From positions 9,838 to 73,837 of the forward strand of contig CAZMEQ010000001.1 of NCBI GenBank assembly GCA_964565345.1: DNA of 64,000 bases. Direction: 5' to 3'. The position numbers were made by a program, and so were the translations under genes. The notes below the pieces were generated by a model that was not told the DNA's origin, did not search any database, and was given only the letters and a program-made list of their open reading frames with translations. This document shows positions 60,739 to 64,000 of the stretch, one piece after another. The first letter of the stretch is position 1; every line of letters starts with the position of its first letter. This stretch comes from an uncultured Gammaproteobacteria bacterium. GTDB lineage: Bacteria; Patescibacteriota; Patescibacteriia; UBA11705; JABHMO01.

Positions 60739-62346
60739 ATGAAGAGACTAATGATTCCTTTGTTATTATTGATTTTTGCGTTGCCTGTTTGGGCTTTAGA
60801 TGATAGCTTATTTGAAAAAACAGATGTCCCGACAGCAACTTGGTATATAGCACAGTTTGATAAACTAGCCCTAGACGTTGTTATTCCCTCTGGTAATGGT
60901 GGAAATGATACTCTTAAAGCCTTAACAGTACTAAATAATGGAACAGCTTATTATGCCCATGGATTGCAAAATTTACGTTTGTGGGTTGATGCTGGGGCTC
61001 CTGGTTTTCAGGGCTGGGGAATTGATAAGGATTTGGGCCCAGGTAGCACATCAGGTATGCAAAATAGCTGGAATTGGACTGATTTAAATGAAGGGTTGGG
61101 GGCTAATGGCAAAAGATTTTTTGTTAGCGCTGAAATGTGGCCTAATGCGCCTGCTTCTGCTATCAACTACACGGTTCAGTTATTAATTCCAGAATTAGTT
61201 GATGCAAATGGTAATGGGGTCTATGATCCTGATGACCAAGGCGTATTTTTGGAGTCAAAAAATAATGGCCCAACATCAAGCTATTTGCTGAATGTCTCAA
61301 GTCAAATTATTAGTTATTCAAACCTTGATGTGGAGGGACCAAAGGTAATTATTTCTAACTTGACGGAAAATCAAGTCGTAACGACGGGTTCTTATGTAAT
61401 ACAAGGGCAGGCACGCGATCAGGGTAAGTCTTCGGCTGAATTTGTAAAAATAAAAATATCTAAAGTCGGTGGTGCTTCGGGTGATTTTGATTTGGTTGAG
61501 TCTTTGACAGATAACTTTAGTAATTGGCAATATAAATGGATTAATATTGCGGACGGTACATATAAAATTTCAACACAATCGCAAGATTTTTTGGGGTATG
61601 TGTCATCGACTTCAGCTATAACGGTTATTGTAAATAAGGGGGGGGAGCTTTCACAACAGTATTCATCTGTTAGTGTTGATCAAAATACGGCAGTGGCCAA
61701 TGGAAGTGATACGATAAATATCAATGTTATTTTGAAAAATGGGAATGATTATCCACTTAAGGAAAAAACGGTTTATTTAAAAGAAATTAGACCTAACGGT
61801 GATTCTATTATAAAGACATCTGGTTCTGGCCAAACGGGTAAAGTAGTTTTTGCTCTACGAGCATATGAGCCTTCAACTGGGGTCTACAAGGTTACTATGG
61901 ATGATGAACAAGTCGGTAATAATTTTAATCTTTCTTTTGTGGAGAAGAGCGCAAATGATTCTAGCGATTACACAGAAGGACGTTGGATTAAAATTCAAGG
62001 CCACCCAGCAGTATATTTTTTAGATGCCGATAATGTGCGGCATGCTTATCCTACGCAAGCAGTTTGGGAAAGCTATTTTGGCAATGATTTTTCTAAGGTG
62101 GAGATTGTTTCGGCCACAGAAATGGCTAATTATACCTTGGGTAAGAATGTGACTTTTAAAATTGGGACTTTAATGAAATTACCCACAATTCCAAAAGTTT
62201 ATAAAGTAGAAAGCGGTGGTGTTATTAGATGGGTAATTTCAGAAACTATAGCACGTGCGTATTTTGGACTCGACTGGGCTGATAAGATAAGGACTATTCC
62301 GGATTCATTTTTTACAGATTACAAAGAAGGCGCTGATATTTACTAG
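60739..62346 (+). CDS. Secreted Ig-like domain surface protein
   Basis: Signal peptide; Big-like segments (AVANGSDT); C-terminal domain homologous to the N-terminus of the upstream protein. Confidence 0.7.
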   Translation: MKRLMIPLLLLIFALPVWALDDSLFEKTDVPTATWYIAQFDKLALDVVIPSGNGGNDTLKALTVLNNGTAYYAHGLQNLRLWVDAGAPGFQGWGIDKDLGPGSTSGMQNSWNWTDLNEGLGANGKRFFVSAEMWPNAPASAINYTVQLLIPELVDANGNGVYDPDDQGVFLESKNNGPTSSYLLNVSSQIISYSNLDVEGPKVIISNLTENQVVTTGSYVIQGQARDQGKSSAEFVKIKISKVGGASGDFDLVESLTDNFSNWQYKWINIADGTYKISTQSQDFLGYVSSTSAITVIVNKGGELSQQYSSVSVDQNTAVANGSDTININVILKNGNDYPLKEKTVYLKEIRPNGDSIIKTSGSGQTGKVVFALRAYEPSTGVYKVTMDDEQVGNNFNLSFVEKSANDSSDYTEGRWIKIQGHPAVYFLDADNVRHAYPTQAVWESYFGNDFSKVEIVSATEMANYTLGKNVTFKIGTLMKLPTIPKVYKVESGGVIRWVISETIARAYFGLDWADKIRTIPDSFFTDYKEGADIY

Positions 62347-62514
62347 ATAAAGTTATCCACAGCTGTCGACTTAGGTCGACAGCTTTTGTTTTTGGCTGAA
62401 TTTTAGAGTGCATCAGGTGTCGGAGCGGTCAGTCAAAATTACCTCGGAGTTAAAAGGCTATTATGAAACAATAAGAGTAAGCAAAACTAGGGTTTAATAA
62501 ATGTAATTATTAGT

Positions 62515-63234
62515 ATGGAGAAAAAAATGAATGCTAAAAACCCAGCATTACAGACGGGAACTGAATGCGGGGTGCAGTCAAAACAAAACTCAAAGTTTAC
62601 CAGACCATTAAGACAAAAGGGTGGAATTTACTTTTATGCAGGTTCCATAACTAGACGTAAAAATGTCTTTGTTACGCCTGAGTACATTAACTTGTTAGTT
62701 AATGCTTTTAAGTATTCGGAATTGAAAAAAGATATAAAAAATTTGGCCTATGTTGTGATGCCTAATTTTTTCTATTGGATTTTTAAGTTGAGTGATTTGC
62801 AAGATGATCCAGTTAATATTTTTGGTGAAGTAAAGCGAGATGTCGCGCGTGAGGTCATTAACAATTTAAAGATGGAAACAAAGAATGGTGATTTTGCACT
62901 AGATCCGATTATGAAAGGGAATAAACAAGTGGCCCGTTCTACTCCGCAACGTATCTTAGCGACCTTTGCCGAAGAGGCCAAAAAGTATGAGAATAAACGT
63001 TATCGAGTTTGGACACCCAAGACCGAGTTGCGTTTGATTGATAGTGCTGAATTATTGCAAGAAAAATTGGCCTTGTTGACCAAGGCTCCAGCTAATGAGC
63101 GTTGGCAATTGGTTAAGGATGCAAAAAAATATCCGTATTTGTATTTAGCAGAAGATCTAGCGCAATTATCTTGTGAGGAGCTTAAAAGTTATACTCTGAA
63201 TCTTTTAGAAACGGTCACTTATTCCAATACCTAG
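62515..63234 (+). CDS. RAYT (REP-associated tyrosine transposase)-like protein, catalytic motifs degenerate
   Basis: GGIYFY...RRKNVF...AYVVMPNFFYWI (canonical MPNHxH); flanking hairpins at 62361-62384 and 63260-63285. Confidence 0.65.
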   Translation: MEKKMNAKNPALQTGTECGVQSKQNSKFTRPLRQKGGIYFYAGSITRRKNVFVTPEYINLLVNAFKYSELKKDIKNLAYVVMPNFFYWIFKLSDLQDDPVNIFGEVKRDVAREVINNLKMETKNGDFALDPIMKGNKQVARSTPQRILATFAEEAKKYENKRYRVWTPKTELRLIDSAELLQEKLALLTKAPANERWQLVKDAKKYPYLYLAEDLAQLSCEELKSYTLNLLETVTYSNT

Positions 63235-63296
63235 TTTTTGCCCATATCTAATTCATTACACCCCGCCGCTTTTATGCGGCGGGGTACAAGGGAGTT

Positions 63297-64000
63297 ATGA
63301 CAAAAAGAATATGTCTGATTGTGTTTTGTGTCTTAATTACTATGAGTATGAATATCCCTTTAGTTTCCGCGTCCATAGTTGATAATAGTATTGCCGCCAC
63401 TACAGTGCAACAATTTTATTTTTTTGACTGTGAGGATATGGATTGTCGAATGTGGTTAGAAGAAATGATCACAAGCGATTCTCTGAATGGCCAGAACAGT
63501 TCTGCTTCTATATCTGAAATCATTACAGAGACTGTTAATGAGGAGCCCTCGGCTATTGATGTTTCTGCTGGTAACACTGCAGTCGTTAATTTAGTCCCTG
63601 CTGTATTCCATTCGGTTCGTATTAATGAAATTGTCTCGGCGGTCGAAACAGGCGAGAAAGAATGGGTGGAATTGTATAATAATAGCACGGGTGTAATTAA
63701 TCTAAAGGATTGGTTTATCGAAGAGGGCGGTGGTACAAAAACAATTTTAGCAGGTGAAATTGAGGCCGCGGGATATTTAGTTTTTGAGACTAAAAACTTG
63801 AACAACAGTGGTGATATTATTTATTTAAAAGATTCGACTGGGCAGATTATCGATCAGGTTGTCTATGGAGACTGGAATGATGGCAGCCCTGTGGATAACT
63901 TTTTAGCCAGTGGGAAAGGGGAGTCATTGTCGTTAATTAATGATTCCTATGTGATTAATCCAAATATTACTAAAGGAGCGATAAACAGATATGAACAATT
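63297..64000 (+). CDS. Secreted lamin-tail-domain protein, truncated by the window end
   Basis: Manual translation MTKRICLIVFCVLI...VRINEI...EWVELYN...INLKDW...LNNSGDIIYLKD; open to the end of the window. Confidence 0.85.
   Translation, partial: MTKRICLIVFCVLITMSMNIPLVSASIVDNSIAATTVQQFYFFDCEDMDCRMWLEEMITSDSLNGQNSSASISEIITETVNEEPSAIDVSAGNTAVVNLVPAVFHSVRINEIVSAVETGEKEWVELYNNSTGVINLKDWFIEEGGGTKTILAGEIEAAGYLVFETKNLNNSGDIIYLKDSTGQIIDQVVYGDWNDGSPVDNFLASGKGESLSLINDSYVINPNITKGAINRYEQ

Noticed and set aside
25958-62361. Perfect DnaA boxes (25958-25966, 52766-52774, 62353-62361) as oriC
   Set aside because: They are isolated single boxes, not clustered, and there is no dnaA/dnaN in the window
63416-63805. 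129-aa minus-strand ORF (likewise 18667-19314, 31478-32038 and 58569-60410)
   Set aside because: Antisense to well-supported plus-strand genes

Overview
AT-rich (about 35% GC in sampled lines) bacterial chromosome segment using genetic code 11. Gene content points to a Patescibacteria/CPR (Parcubacteria-like) genome; this is inference. It carries housekeeping genes (miaA, gatB, a dTTP-synthesis cluster with a Tmk-Tdk fusion, rplA/rplK/nusG/secE, gyrB, rodA, rplY, rlmN, prmC/prfA/rpmE, lgt, rpsB/tsf, pheST, dnaX, thiI), a VirD4/TraG-like ATPase, two ECF sigma loci, a MacAB-type exporter, large surface proteins and one intact tRNA-Gln(CUG). The main signal is five isolated, single-gene, high-GC cassettes at about 2.5, 20.1, 26.5, 37.6 and 48.3 kb, dispersed among AT-rich genes with no integrase. 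In each, the GC-rich DNA matches one predicted transcript: an AT-rich near-consensus sigma70 promoter, usually a 5' hairpin, a Shine-Dalgarno-like site (largely absent from resident genes), the CDS, a shared post-stop motif (TAGACAACAAAGG identical in two) and a GC-rich 3' hairpin. These could be mRNAs built for foreign (host) ribosomes or RNA-templated gene captures; both ideas are untested. Other oddities are a tRNA-Gln nested inside a broken second tRNA-Gln, a RAYT-like protein lacking its catalytic motifs, several REP-like palindromes and a degenerate ThyX-like gene next to thyA/folA.
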